Virus record (IMG/VR): IMGVR_UViG_3300037470_001039
Coordinates: 1-64,000 of that record
DNA from: a virus
Direction: 5' to 3' (one strand)
DNA length: 64,000 nucleotides
Shown: positions 45,353 through 54,274 of the stretch, one piece after another
Layout: each line of letters opens with the position of its first letter
How positions within the stretch are numbered: the first letter of the stretch is position 1
Made by a program: the position numbers and the translations under genes
The notes under the pieces: model-generated
Database searches by the model: none
The model's input: only the letters and a program-made list of their open reading frames with translations
Told to the model about the DNA's origin: nothing

Positions 45353-48213
45353 AGAATCTGCTTCGTTCCTGTTTCATCGCAGCGCCTACCGACAGCGAGC
45401 CGCTGTGCTCCCAGAACTACCACGCGATGGTGGAGTCTGGTCTCGGGTTCGACACGCCCGAGGACGTCATCATCTGGACCTTCCTCCAGGACTTCTTCAA
45501 GACCTACGGGCACGTCCCGAACGTCCAGACGATGCGTCAGCACTTCACGTCGGTGCAGGAGGCCGACGTCGTCGATCGTCTCGAGCGCGTCGCCATGATC
45601 AAGCCCCGCACCCGGGGCGACTTCCTGACCTACCTCGAAGAGAAGGCGAAGGACCGACGCAACCGCGTCACGATCGACCTCTTCAAGGAGGCCGCGAAGA
45701 TCATCTCGACGGGTGTCGAGATCAAGGACCCGCGCGGGAACACCACGAAGCTGCTCGGGGCCCTCGACGCCATCCGGTACGTCCTCGACGGCAGCCACGG
45801 CATCGTCGCGCCGACGCTCGGCAGCAAACTCTCGGGCAACCTGACGCAGGACGGCGAGGACTTCCTGAGCCGTTACGACAGAGTCAAGGCGGACCCACGC
45901 TACGGCGTCGGCCAGTACTGCGGCATCAGCCAGATCGACGCCGCCCTTAAGGGCGCGAAACGGTACGAGCTGTGGATTCACGCCGGCTTCACCGGGTCGA
46001 TGAAGTCCACGTTCGCGTTGCACTGGGCCTACGTGCAGGCGGTCTACTTCGGCTTCTCGGCGGTCTACTTTTCGCTCGAGATGCCCTACGTGCAGTGCCG
46101 CAACATCATCTACACGATGCACACGGCCCACGAGGATTTCGCGGAGATCCGCGAACAGCTCGGCATCGAAGGGATCGGACTCGACTACGAGAAGGTCCGC
46201 GACGGCACTCTGTCCCCCAACGAGGAGAAGTTCCTCAAGGAGTACGTCGTCCCCGACCTCGGCGGCCGGTCCACGGTGCCGCACGGCGGCCCGTACAGCC
46301 TCAAGGCCGAGGAGTACGGGTCGATCCATCTTGAGGTCGCGGACCCGGACAAGTCGGACTTCACCATCGCCGACCTCCGCAGCCGGGCCGAGCTCATCTT
46401 CTCGAAGACGCCCTTCGCGATGATCGTCGTGGACCACGCTGGCCTCATGAGCGCGCGCGGTCGCTACTCCAACACGACGGAGAAACTCAACGAGGTCGTC
46501 CGCGATCTCAAGCGCCTCGCCATGTCGTTCAACCGCGGCATGGGTCTTGCGGTTCTCTGCCTTTTCCAGATCAGCCGAGAGGGATACAGGGCCGCCGAAA
46601 AGAACGGGGGCCGCTACAACCTCACCCACCTCAGCTACGCGAATGAGTGCGCGGTTCGCGCCACCGCGGTACTCACGGACGCGGGAATCGCGCCCATCGA
46701 GCAGATCGAGCCTGGAACTCGCGTGTGGAGCCGTTCTGGGTGGAAACAAGTTCTTCACAGATTCGACCAAGGCAAGCGTCGGGTCTGGCGGGTGACCACG
46801 GACCGAGGGGACATCCTCGAAGTCACCGGCAACCACCGAGTGCGTATCCTTCGGGATGGCGACATTGGCTGGTGTCGCGTGAGAAGCCTAAAGCCCGGAG
46901 ACTGCGTACTCTCCACGCGAGGGGACTATCCGTGGGCGTCCAAGACGCCCCGACTGCCCAAAGGAGGGCGCCCTTCGACGCACCTCACGGAGGCTTTGGC
47001 CTATCTGCTTGGGGCATGGGACGGGGACGGGAAAATTCGTCCCGACAAGATCGCGTTCACGGGGAACCGTAACGAGAAAACGCTGCGGCGTCGCCTCCTG
47101 ACGACGTTCTCCTCCGTGTTCGGAGAGGACCTGTTGAGGTATCTGTTCCCGAGCCGTCCGGGATCTTTCGATGACGAATCAAGAGCCCACCGAGAGCGCA
47201 CGAAGTGGTTCGAGCAGCTCGCAGGACAACGCGGTGTGCAGGTTCCAGAGATCATCCTGCGGTCGCCTGCCCGCTTCGTGATCTCCTACCTGCGTGGCCT
47301 GTGGGACACCGACGGTTGGATCAACTCGCAGAACATCGTGGGCCTCAAGATGAAGTCACGGGAGTTCCTCGCTCAGGTCCAGATGCTGATGACGCACCTC
47401 GGCTACGAGACCAAGCTGGTACGCACGGACACCTTCCTGCGGAAGACTGGAAAATCATACGAAGGATGGACGCTGCGTCTGCTCGGATACGAGTCCCGTC
47501 TCCAGTTCAGCGAGGAGATCGGTTTCACGGAACCATGGAAAAAGCGGCGTCTGACGGCCTCGGTGCAGCAGGCGCCGCAACGCAAAACGACCGACCAAAC
47601 CTACCCGGTTCCTGAAATCTACCTGGGACTTTACGACGACCACACTCCTTACCGTCTCATCGCCGAGGGACGACTGCCGAAGTCGCATTACAACGCGATG
47701 CGAAAAGTTCGGGAAACGGGCCTCGTATGTCGTCAAGCTGCGCAGTCCATGCTGGCTTTCCTCGATGACGAGGGCATCACGGATCCTCGCGCAGAGGCGC
47801 TCCGGCATCTACTTGCTCTCCAAGTGTGTCGTGTGGAATCTGTCGAACGTACTGAGCGCGTCGAAGAGGTCTACGACCTGGAGGTGGACGGTGACCACGA
47901 ATTCCAGACGGGACCCCTCCTGTCGCACAACTGCGAGCGGTCGGCCGACATCGTGACGGCGGCGTGGATCGACGAAGCGCTTCGCAGCATTGACAAGCTC
48001 ATCTTCCAGTGCCTCAAGTCACGCGACCAAGCTCCCTTCGAGCGCGTCCCAGTGCGGGTAGCATTCACGTGTCGTCGTCTTCTGACGGACGACACCCCTA
48101 TGTCCGAGGTTGACGCCGAGATTCAGCATAAGAAGGGCGGCGAAGACGAGGATCAGAAGCAATGGCGCAAGCGGACCAAGAAGCAGCAGGAAACCCCTGA
48201 CCTGGAGTTGTGA
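45349..48213 (+). CDS. dnaB: DnaB-like replicative helicase with intein
   Basis: AGFTGSMKS (Walker A), FSLEM, IVVDH, LKRLA, QISREG, ERSADIV. Confidence 0.9.
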   Translation: MKNLLRSCFIAAPTDSEPLCSQNYHAMVESGLGFDTPEDVIIWTFLQDFFKTYGHVPNVQTMRQHFTSVQEADVVDRLERVAMIKPRTRGDFLTYLEEKAKDRRNRVTIDLFKEAAKIISTGVEIKDPRGNTTKLLGALDAIRYVLDGSHGIVAPTLGSKLSGNLTQDGEDFLSRYDRVKADPRYGVGQYCGISQIDAALKGAKRYELWIHAGFTGSMKSTFALHWAYVQAVYFGFSAVYFSLEMPYVQCRNIIYTMHTAHEDFAEIREQLGIEGIGLDYEKVRDGTLSPNEEKFLKEYVVPDLGGRSTVPHGGPYSLKAEEYGSIHLEVADPDKSDFTIADLRSRAELIFSKTPFAMIVVDHAGLMSARGRYSNTTEKLNEVVRDLKRLAMSFNRGMGLAVLCLFQISREGYRAAEKNGGRYNLTHLSYANECAVRATAVLTDAGIAPIEQIEPGTRVWSRSGWKQVLHRFDQGKRRVWRVTTDRGDILEVTGNHRVRILRDGDIGWCRVRSLKPGDCVLSTRGDYPWASKTPRLPKGGRPSTHLTEALAYLLGAWDGDGKIRPDKIAFTGNRNEKTLRRRLLTTFSSVFGEDLLRYLFPSRPGSFDDESRAHRERTKWFEQLAGQRGVQVPEIILRSPARFVISYLRGLWDTDGWINSQNIVGLKMKSREFLAQVQMLMTHLGYETKLVRTDTFLRKTGKSYEGWTLRLLGYESRLQFSEEIGFTEPWKKRRLTASVQQAPQRKTTDQTYPVPEIYLGLYDDHTPYRLIAEGRLPKSHYNAMRKVRETGLVCRQAAQSMLAFLDDEGITDPRAEALRHLLALQVCRVESVERTERVEEVYDLEVDGDHEFQTGPLLSHNCERSADIVTAAWIDEALRSIDKLIFQCLKSRDQAPFERVPVRVAFTCRRLLTDDTPMSEVDAEIQHKKGGEDEDQKQWRKRTKKQQETPDLEL
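46648..47931 (+). mobile_element. Intein (428 aa) in DnaB-like helicase
   Basis: YANE|CAVRATAVLT...YDLEVDGDHEFQTGPLLSHN|C; LLGAWDGDG and YLRGLWDTDG blocks. Confidence 0.92.
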
Positions 48214-48806
48214 TGGCGCTGCTGATCCGACTCTGGCAGGGCAACTGCCTCGACCACCTCCGAGACCTGCCTGACGCGTCCGTGGACGCTTTCGTGGGGG
48301 ATCCTCCTTACGATCTGTGTTTCATGGCAAAGGAGTGGGACGACAACGACGTCCTGCGCAACGACAAGATCTGGCGCGAGTGCCTCCGCACCCTCATCCC
48401 GGGCGGCATACTCAAGCAGTTCTCGGCCCCGCGCACCTACCATCGCCTGTGCAAGACCCTTGAGACGGTGGGTTTCCTCGACGTTAAATTGCATGCTTGG
48501 GTGCACGGGCAGGGATTCCCCAAAGGGAAAAACATCAGCGCAGCCATCGACAAAATGCTAGGAGTTGAACGAGAAATTGTAGGCTATAAACGGGGAGTGG
48601 AAGGAGAAAACCTGAACGACATCGTTCATGGGCGGAAGGTCCGGCAGACGACGGATCAGGGCGGAAAAGGCGCCAAACAAGTCGCTGTCGACGTTCCCAT
48701 CACTGTTCCCACAACGGAGTTAGCAAAGCTATGGCAGGGGTACAACGTGGCGCTGAAACCCGCGTGGGAGCCTGTCGTGGTCGCGAGGAAATTTGATGCC
48801 GGTTGA
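48210..48806 (+). CDS. DNA adenine methyltransferase N-terminal half (DPPY present, SAM-binding motif I absent)
   Basis: DASVDAFVGDPPY, RTYHRL, GQGFPK, ALKPAWEPVVVARK then stop. Confidence 0.85.
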   Translation: MMALLIRLWQGNCLDHLRDLPDASVDAFVGDPPYDLCFMAKEWDDNDVLRNDKIWRECLRTLIPGGILKQFSAPRTYHRLCKTLETVGFLDVKLHAWVHGQGFPKGKNISAAIDKMLGVEREIVGYKRGVEGENLNDIVHGRKVRQTTDQGGKGAKQVAVDVPITVPTTELAKLWQGYNVALKPAWEPVVVARKFDAG

Positions 48807-49449
48807 ATGCACCTGCGAACACTGCGGCGCCCGTCTTCTACGTTCGCCGTCCCACGTTCGTGGGCGCGTGTTCTGCAGTCGAGACTGTCGTTCGCAGGCG
48901 GCTCACCCCACGCGGATTTGTGAGGGGTGCGGCACCGGTTTCCCGCGGGATCCCAAGCAACCGGAGGCGCGTCACTGCTCTTGGGACTGCTACAGGGGAT
49001 CTCGATTCGTGGAGGAGGTCTGCCACGTCTGCGAGAAGACGTTCCAAGGGTATCTGAGTGAGAGACGCAAACGGCAGCAACGGCGTCACGTCACCTGCTG
49101 TTCTCGGTCGTGTCGCAACGTCTACACCTCCCTCTTGTTGGGGGGTGACGGGACGTGGGTGCTCGGTGGTCGCTACAACAAGAAACGAGATCGAGGCTGG
49201 CCGTGGAGAAAGGTGCGGCTACGGTACCTTCACTTCGTCAACTTTACCTGCGAAGGCTGCGGGGAAGAGGCGACGACAGTCCACCATCTCCATCAAACGG
49301 CTGCCGGCGGTGCTGTCCTGGACCCGACCAACCTGATGGCCGTGTGTAAAGACTGCCACGACAACATGCACGAACAACTCAACGAGGGCGCGTTCTGGTG
49401 TTCTTTCGAGGGGCTGGGGTTCGACCGGACGTTGGCGGAGGTAACCTGA
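48793..49449 (+). CDS. HNH endonuclease with N-terminal CxxC...CSxxC zinc repeats
   Basis: Three CxxC...CSxxC modules, then CEGC...VHH...NLMAVCKDCH. Confidence 0.85.
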   Translation: MMPVECTCEHCGARLLRSPSHVRGRVFCSRDCRSQAAHPTRICEGCGTGFPRDPKQPEARHCSWDCYRGSRFVEEVCHVCEKTFQGYLSERRKRQQRRHVTCCSRSCRNVYTSLLLGGDGTWVLGGRYNKKRDRGWPWRKVRLRYLHFVNFTCEGCGEEATTVHHLHQTAAGGAVLDPTNLMAVCKDCHDNMHEQLNEGAFWCSFEGLGFDRTLAEVT

Positions 49450-49452
49450 TAC

Positions 49453-50115
49453 ATGAAGAACCGACGCGAATTCCTCCAGATGCTCGGGGTCGGCGGCGCA
49501 GGCCTGGTCTTGGCGACGAACGCGGCCGCGAACCCGATCGTCCCGCTGTTCTCCGGGCGCGAATCGAAAATCTGGACGCCGGAGCACACGAGCCTGACGC
49601 GGAGTCATCTCGTCCTCACGCGCCCCCAAGGTGCTCCCTTTGCGTTCCCAAGTACGAGGGGCATGCTGCTCACCCCCTCGGATGAAGATCTCAACATCCC
49701 CTCGGTGAAGGTGCTTCTACATCCTGAGCAAGATCCTCATGAAGCGTTCTACAAGGCTGCGACGGAGATGCGAAGGAGTTTCTCTGAACAGTCCCTGCAG
49801 AGGTTTGCCGGGATCCCGGAGTGGAAACGACGCGATGCCGTCCTGATCACGCTGGTGGACACGGAAATTTTCGCAGGTTCTCTGGAGACGAGCGACGAGG
49901 GGTTCTATCTCGAGGTCAGCTACACCCCCTACCACGTCAGCAGTCCTGATCTGGAGAGCCTCAACCTCAACGGGTGGGGGGTCTACTCGGAGAATGGCGA
50001 GTACCCGATCGAGGTCCCGTCTGAGATCGACATGGATCGCTTGCTCAGTGTCGACTGCCGTATCGTGTGCGGGGAGATGACCACCAGCACCCTCGGCGGC
50101 GTGCTCGTCGGATAA
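49453..50115 (+). CDS. Hypothetical protein with twin-arginine (Tat) signal peptide
   Basis: MKNRREFLQMLGVGGAGLVLATNAAA: RRxFL motif, hydrophobic stretch and AxA site; GGAGG RBS. Confidence 0.7.
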   Translation: MKNRREFLQMLGVGGAGLVLATNAAANPIVPLFSGRESKIWTPEHTSLTRSHLVLTRPQGAPFAFPSTRGMLLTPSDEDLNIPSVKVLLHPEQDPHEAFYKAATEMRRSFSEQSLQRFAGIPEWKRRDAVLITLVDTEIFAGSLETSDEGFYLEVSYTPYHVSSPDLESLNLNGWGVYSENGEYPIEVPSEIDMDRLLSVDCRIVCGEMTTSTLGGVLVG

Positions 50116-50124
50116 CAGACCCGC

Positions 50125-51624
50125 ATGCGCGTCGTGACTCTCAGTCGGAAGCCGTGTGCCGCTTCAAGCACCACGGCCAATGTCGTCAAGCACGAGGCAG
50201 GCGCACTGAACATCGACGGCTGTCGCATCCACTACGCAAGGGATGAACCGGATAGTGGAGTGAACTACTACCGGCATCGGGACCTGGAGATGTCTCAAAA
50301 CCGGCACAACTACTTCCGCGGGCCTGATCGCGTCATGGTGGCGTCACCTCCTGCGGGAGGGCGCTGGCCCGCGAACCTTTTCCTCGTTCATCGAGCCTCG
50401 TGCGAGGTGCGGGGCACAGTTGCGGGGCCGGGCTACACCATCAACCGGTGGAAAGACGGCGCCAAGCCTTTCGGCGGAGGTGCGGGGCACGAGTACGAGT
50501 CTGAGGAGCAGCCGGCCGAGCAGGTCGCCGTGTGGGACTGTGCGGAGAATTGTGCTTCGTGGGCTCTGGGTGAGCAAAGTGGTGTGTGTCCCACGGGTGA
50601 CGTTGCGGCTTACACTCGCAAAAACACAGAGTTCTATATGGGGCGCCAACCCGGCATGGCGACCTCTCTCCATAGAGGAGATACGGGGACTGCTTCTCGC
50701 TACTTCAAGCAGATGAAGGAGGAGGACGACGACATGGACGGAATGCCTCAAGAAATGGTTGACTACCTCGCCACGCTGATCTCGCCGCCTCCGTCGTGCA
50801 ACCCCGTGGTCATCGTTCAGATGAGCCTCAAGGACTACCCGTGGGAGGAGCATGAGGACGCGTCGGTTCACGGGCTCATCACGATGGGCAACCCGGGGCC
50901 ACACATGCAGGACATCGACCGCGTCCTTCGACCTGGAGCGCACCTCCTGATCCTGTCACCCGAGAACGAGCCGACGGGACACACGGGTGCGTGCGCGGTC
51001 GAGGACTTCGGCTACGAGATCCGAGACGCCATCGCCGTGCTCGACACTCCGGGCGATTTCCATTATGTCGCCAAAGCCAGTTCGGCCGAGCGCAACGCGG
51101 GGGTAGAGGCGCGCACGAAGGACAATGGGCGCGTCGTGCAGAACGACCACGAGACGGTGAAGCCAGTGGGCATCATGGAGCGCCTGCTCGCCGACATCCC
51201 CCGAGGTGCGCTCGTCGTGGACGCCTTCATGGGAAGCGGCACCACGGGCATCGCGTGCCTGCGCACGGGGCACGACTTCGTCGGCATCGACCAGGACCCG
51301 CAGTACCTCCAGATCGCCGACCAGCGCGTCAGGCACTGGGACCGAGTCAAGCATTCGTGGAAAGGCGCGACGATCGAGTCGGAGGCGGAGTTCCAGAAAG
51401 AGGAGTCGATGGGTCTCGAGGATCTGTTCGGTTTCGCGGCCCACGACGAGGACGACGACTTCGAGATCGGGGACTGCCCGGTGTGCGAGAAGAGAGACAC
51501 CGAGATCGAGATCAAGGAGAAGGGGGAGCGCCTCAAGGTGTGCTCCGCCTGCGCCGAGGACCGCGAACAGGTACGCCTGTACCTGCTGAAAGAAGCGCGC
51601 AGACGCGTCGAGGAACTGGAGTAG
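50125..51624 (+). CDS. Mosaic DNA methyltransferase middle plus C-terminal part (motif I present, DPPY absent)
   Basis: SRKP...GALNIDGCRI, GRWPAN, ASRYF, AKASSAER, HETVKP, VVDAFMGSGTTG; C-terminal CPVC...CSAC. Confidence 0.85.
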   Translation: MRVVTLSRKPCAASSTTANVVKHEAGALNIDGCRIHYARDEPDSGVNYYRHRDLEMSQNRHNYFRGPDRVMVASPPAGGRWPANLFLVHRASCEVRGTVAGPGYTINRWKDGAKPFGGGAGHEYESEEQPAEQVAVWDCAENCASWALGEQSGVCPTGDVAAYTRKNTEFYMGRQPGMATSLHRGDTGTASRYFKQMKEEDDDMDGMPQEMVDYLATLISPPPSCNPVVIVQMSLKDYPWEEHEDASVHGLITMGNPGPHMQDIDRVLRPGAHLLILSPENEPTGHTGACAVEDFGYEIRDAIAVLDTPGDFHYVAKASSAERNAGVEARTKDNGRVVQNDHETVKPVGIMERLLADIPRGALVVDAFMGSGTTGIACLRTGHDFVGIDQDPQYLQIADQRVRHWDRVKHSWKGATIESEAEFQKEESMGLEDLFGFAAHDEDDDFEIGDCPVCEKRDTEIEIKEKGERLKVCSACAEDREQVRLYLLKEARRRVEELE

Positions 51625-51651
51625 GAGGAGTAGGAGGAGGAGGAGGAGCAG

Positions 51652-52362
51652 ATGGCTGCCGTGTTCGACCTCAACCGCTGCGCCCACGTCGGGATGAACC
51701 CGTGGCGCGGCAATCTTCCTCTCCGAGCCGACCGCACCTTCGCCTTCGACGAGCTGCGGCAGGTGCTGGGGCTCAACTCCGGGCAGCACTTCGTCGACGT
51801 CTCCGTCATCGACAATGTTGCTGGCAACGAGCGTGCCGTGTGGCAGCCCGAGATGGGGACGCAACGTGAACGGGGACGCAACGTGAACGGGGACGCAACG
51901 TGAACGGGGACGCAACGTGAACGGGGACGCAACGTGAACGGGGACGCAACGTGGTCGCGGAACCATCCTGACATCCCTCCGCAGTTCAACCGGCAGGAAC
52001 CTCCGTGGACGCTGGGCGTCCTGCACGGTGACGGAGACAGGGTGATGTGGTGGCAAATCGAGGGGGCGACAACCCGATCGTCCTGGGGCCTGGCCCACGC
52101 TCTTACGACTTCATCGGTTACGTGGATCGGTTACGTGGATCGGCTCGTGCAGCTCAACAATCTTGGGATGCCTGTCTACGTCCACTGCAGGAACGGCACT
52201 GACCGCACTGGAGCCTCCGTCGCGGCCTTTGCCATGCGGGAGATGGGGTACACGCTCGACGAGGCGTTCAAACTCGCCGACAGCGTGAAGGCTGCGGGCA
52301 CGATGAACTCGGACTACGTCGCGCTGGTGAAGGCGTACGTGAGGGAGTCGGGGCTCAAGTGA
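51652..52362 (+). pseudogene. Cys-based tyrosine/dual-specificity phosphatase-like gene interrupted by an in-frame TGA inside a tandem repeat
   Basis: PVYVHCRNGTDRTG (HCx5R); ORFs 51652..51903 and 51934..52362 are in the same frame. Confidence 0.75.
51855..51953 (+). repeat. 17-bp perfect tandem repeat GGGGACGCAACGTGAAC x5 plus a 14-nt partial copy
   Basis: Units start at 51855, 51872, 51889, 51906, 51923 and 51940; no spacers. Confidence 0.95.
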
Positions 52363-53009
52363 GGATCGTGACGGTGGCTCGCAAGCCGTGTGTCGCCTTG
52401 AGCACCACGGTCAACGTTGTCGAGCACCAGGCCGGAGCGCTCAACGTCGACGAGTGCCGAATCAGCTACGCGAGCACGAACGACCTTCGAGAGACGCTAT
52501 CCAGGAATCCCGGCACCGATCGCCGGTTCACGTCGAATCTCTACGACACGGAGAGCGAGACGCGGCTGATGCAGAGGACGAACCCCGCAGGACGGTGGCC
52601 TACGAACGTCATCCTCCTGCACCGACGTGGCTGCAAGATGGTCGGCACACGGAAGGTATCCACTGGTACCGCCCATCGCGAGAACAGCAGCGGACGAACC
52701 ATCTTCTCCGAGACCGAGAAGCCCCCGATGGAGAACATGAGCTACGCAGACGCGGACGGGAAGGAGACCATCCCCGACTGGCAGTGCGAGCCCGGGTGTT
52801 CCGTCGCCGAGATCGACCGGCAGAGCGGGACGCTGACTTCGGGTTCTGGCGCCGTGAAGCGCGCCAGTTCGGCGCAGCGGGAGGGGAACCGGGGTGCCGC
52901 CTACGGTGCCGAGAACCGCGCGGAGGGCACGCCGATGATCTGGTACGGGGACACCGGGGGCGCCTCGCGCTTCTTCAAGGGGTTCGGAGGACAGGGATCA
53001 GGGGCCTGA
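52359..53009 (+). CDS. Stand-alone middle segment of a DNA methyltransferase (neither DPPY nor motif I)
   Basis: ARKP...GALNVDECRI, GRWPTN, GDTGGASRFF; paralogous to the N-part of 50125..51624. Confidence 0.8.
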   Translation: MRIVTVARKPCVALSTTVNVVEHQAGALNVDECRISYASTNDLRETLSRNPGTDRRFTSNLYDTESETRLMQRTNPAGRWPTNVILLHRRGCKMVGTRKVSTGTAHRENSSGRTIFSETEKPPMENMSYADADGKETIPDWQCEPGCSVAEIDRQSGTLTSGSGAVKRASSAQREGNRGAAYGAENRAEGTPMIWYGDTGGASRFFKGFGGQGSGA

Positions 53010-53010
53010 C

Positions 53011-53048
53011 GGGGCCTCCCCCGCGGTTCGGGGCCTGAGCCCCCTTTT
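53011..53048 (+). terminator. Possible intrinsic terminator after the MTase cluster
   Basis: Imperfect GC-rich inverted repeat (GGGGCCTC...GAGCCCC) followed by TTTT. Confidence 0.35.
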
Positions 53049-53094
53049 GTGCAATTAAAGGGTAGGGGCCGATCCCTATCGTAAAACTCCCGAG

Positions 53095-53691
53095 ATGAGT
53101 CGGACCGAGATGTACCTCGTGGACCGCGTCGTCGGCGACGTCGTCCCCCTCGCCACTCTCCAGAACGCGCACGGGGGCGCGATGGCCATCTGGCGCATCT
53201 TCGCGGAGAAGCGCCTCGGCATCTCCGGGATGTCATTCACGATGCTGATGATGGATGGGATGCGTACGATCTTCCAGGCCGCCCGGGAGGGCAAGTTCGA
53301 GCCGTGGGAGACGGTGACACTCATGACCACGACCGACAAGGTGATCGTGCCCACCGAGCACGTTGCCTCCGTCGCCTCCGCGCTCCAGAAGTTCGCCGAC
53401 GAGCACGGCCCCGAGATGGAGGCGAACAACTTCGTGTTCCACGTCGGCGAGCAGGCGAAGGTGCTCCGCGACTACGTCGAGCAGTCCGAGAGGGAGTCCC
53501 TGTGGGACGACGTGCAGCTCACCGAGGAGGAGCATACGCTCGCCGTCGAGGAGGACGGCATCGGTGTGTCGTCGAAGTGGTCTGAGGAGGCGCGGCCCTA
53601 TAACGTCGACAGGGACAACGACGGACACTGGTTCTGGCCCGAGACCCCGAAGGACGCCGCCAACGTCGAGGCGCTCAAGGGCACGGCATGA
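53095..53691 (+). CDS. Hypothetical protein (198 aa)
   Basis: ORF with coding-like composition; ATGA overlap with the next gene. Confidence 0.65.
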   Translation: MSRTEMYLVDRVVGDVVPLATLQNAHGGAMAIWRIFAEKRLGISGMSFTMLMMDGMRTIFQAAREGKFEPWETVTLMTTTDKVIVPTEHVASVASALQKFADEHGPEMEANNFVFHVGEQAKVLRDYVEQSERESLWDDVQLTEEEHTLAVEEDGIGVSSKWSEEARPYNVDRDNDGHWFWPETPKDAANVEALKGTA

Positions 53692-54242
53692 GCCTCGATG
53701 ATTTCCCCGACGCCTTCCTCGCGACTCTCCGCGACATGTTCGGCGGCGTGGACGAGAACAAGATTGAGCACGTCCGACGCCTCTACGCCATCTGGACGGC
53801 GGCGCAGGACGACGAGTGTCGCGCGGCCTTCAGGTTCGTCTCCAAGCAGGTCGAGGGATCGAACGACAAGGCCGAGCGCATGAGGATCTCGTGGCTCCTC
53901 GGTAACGGGACCTACTGGACGAGGATCCCCGACGTGAGGGCGCGTCCGTGGTGGCTCTCCGAGCCCGAGGACTGGAAGGCTCACGTCGCGGACCGGCTCA
54001 AGGTGCGCCGCGTGGGCGTCGATCGGTGGCACGTCTACGACCGGGATGACGGGGAGCACGTCGCCCGCGTCACGAAGGAAGGGGGCGCCTACGAGGTCTG
54101 GCACCTCTCGGACGACCCGAAAGAGGTGGTCGAGGTACGGTTCCACCATATGTGGACCGCCGCGATGCAGGACGTGGTGGCCCGGCAGGTCGTCCGACAG
54201 CATTTCGTGCAGATTGCGCCCCAAGCCCCCGAGAAGGTGTAA
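53688..54242 (+). CDS. Hypothetical protein (184 aa)
   Basis: ATGA overlap; coding-like composition. Confidence 0.65.
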   Translation: MSLDDFPDAFLATLRDMFGGVDENKIEHVRRLYAIWTAAQDDECRAAFRFVSKQVEGSNDKAERMRISWLLGNGTYWTRIPDVRARPWWLSEPEDWKAHVADRLKVRRVGVDRWHVYDRDDGEHVARVTKEGGAYEVWHLSDDPKEVVEVRFHHMWTAAMQDVVARQVVRQHFVQIAPQAPEKV

Positions 54243-54274
54243 AAACTTCGCCGACCCCGTACAGGGAACGACCC

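Noticed and set aside
48793-50124. Group I intron with HNH splitting the adenine MTase
   Set aside because: The interval holds two tightly packed ORFs with no room for a ribozyme core, and the downstream MTase part has its own start and repeats the VV..RK junction residues.
51622-51903. Stop-codon reassignment (TAG or TGA read as sense)
   Set aside because: Multi-kb genes are uninterrupted in the standard code, and TAG/TGA end genes at sensible places with ATGA overlaps; the in-frame stops are local to repeats.
51855-51953. Possible mini-CRISPR array
   Set aside because: Units are 17 bp, head-to-tail, with no spacers, and there are no cas genes in the window.
40662-53009. Restriction-modification or other host defence island
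   Set aside because: No cognate restriction endonuclease is recognisable; the HNH gene looks like a homing type, and the MTases are orphan genes in a phage replication module.
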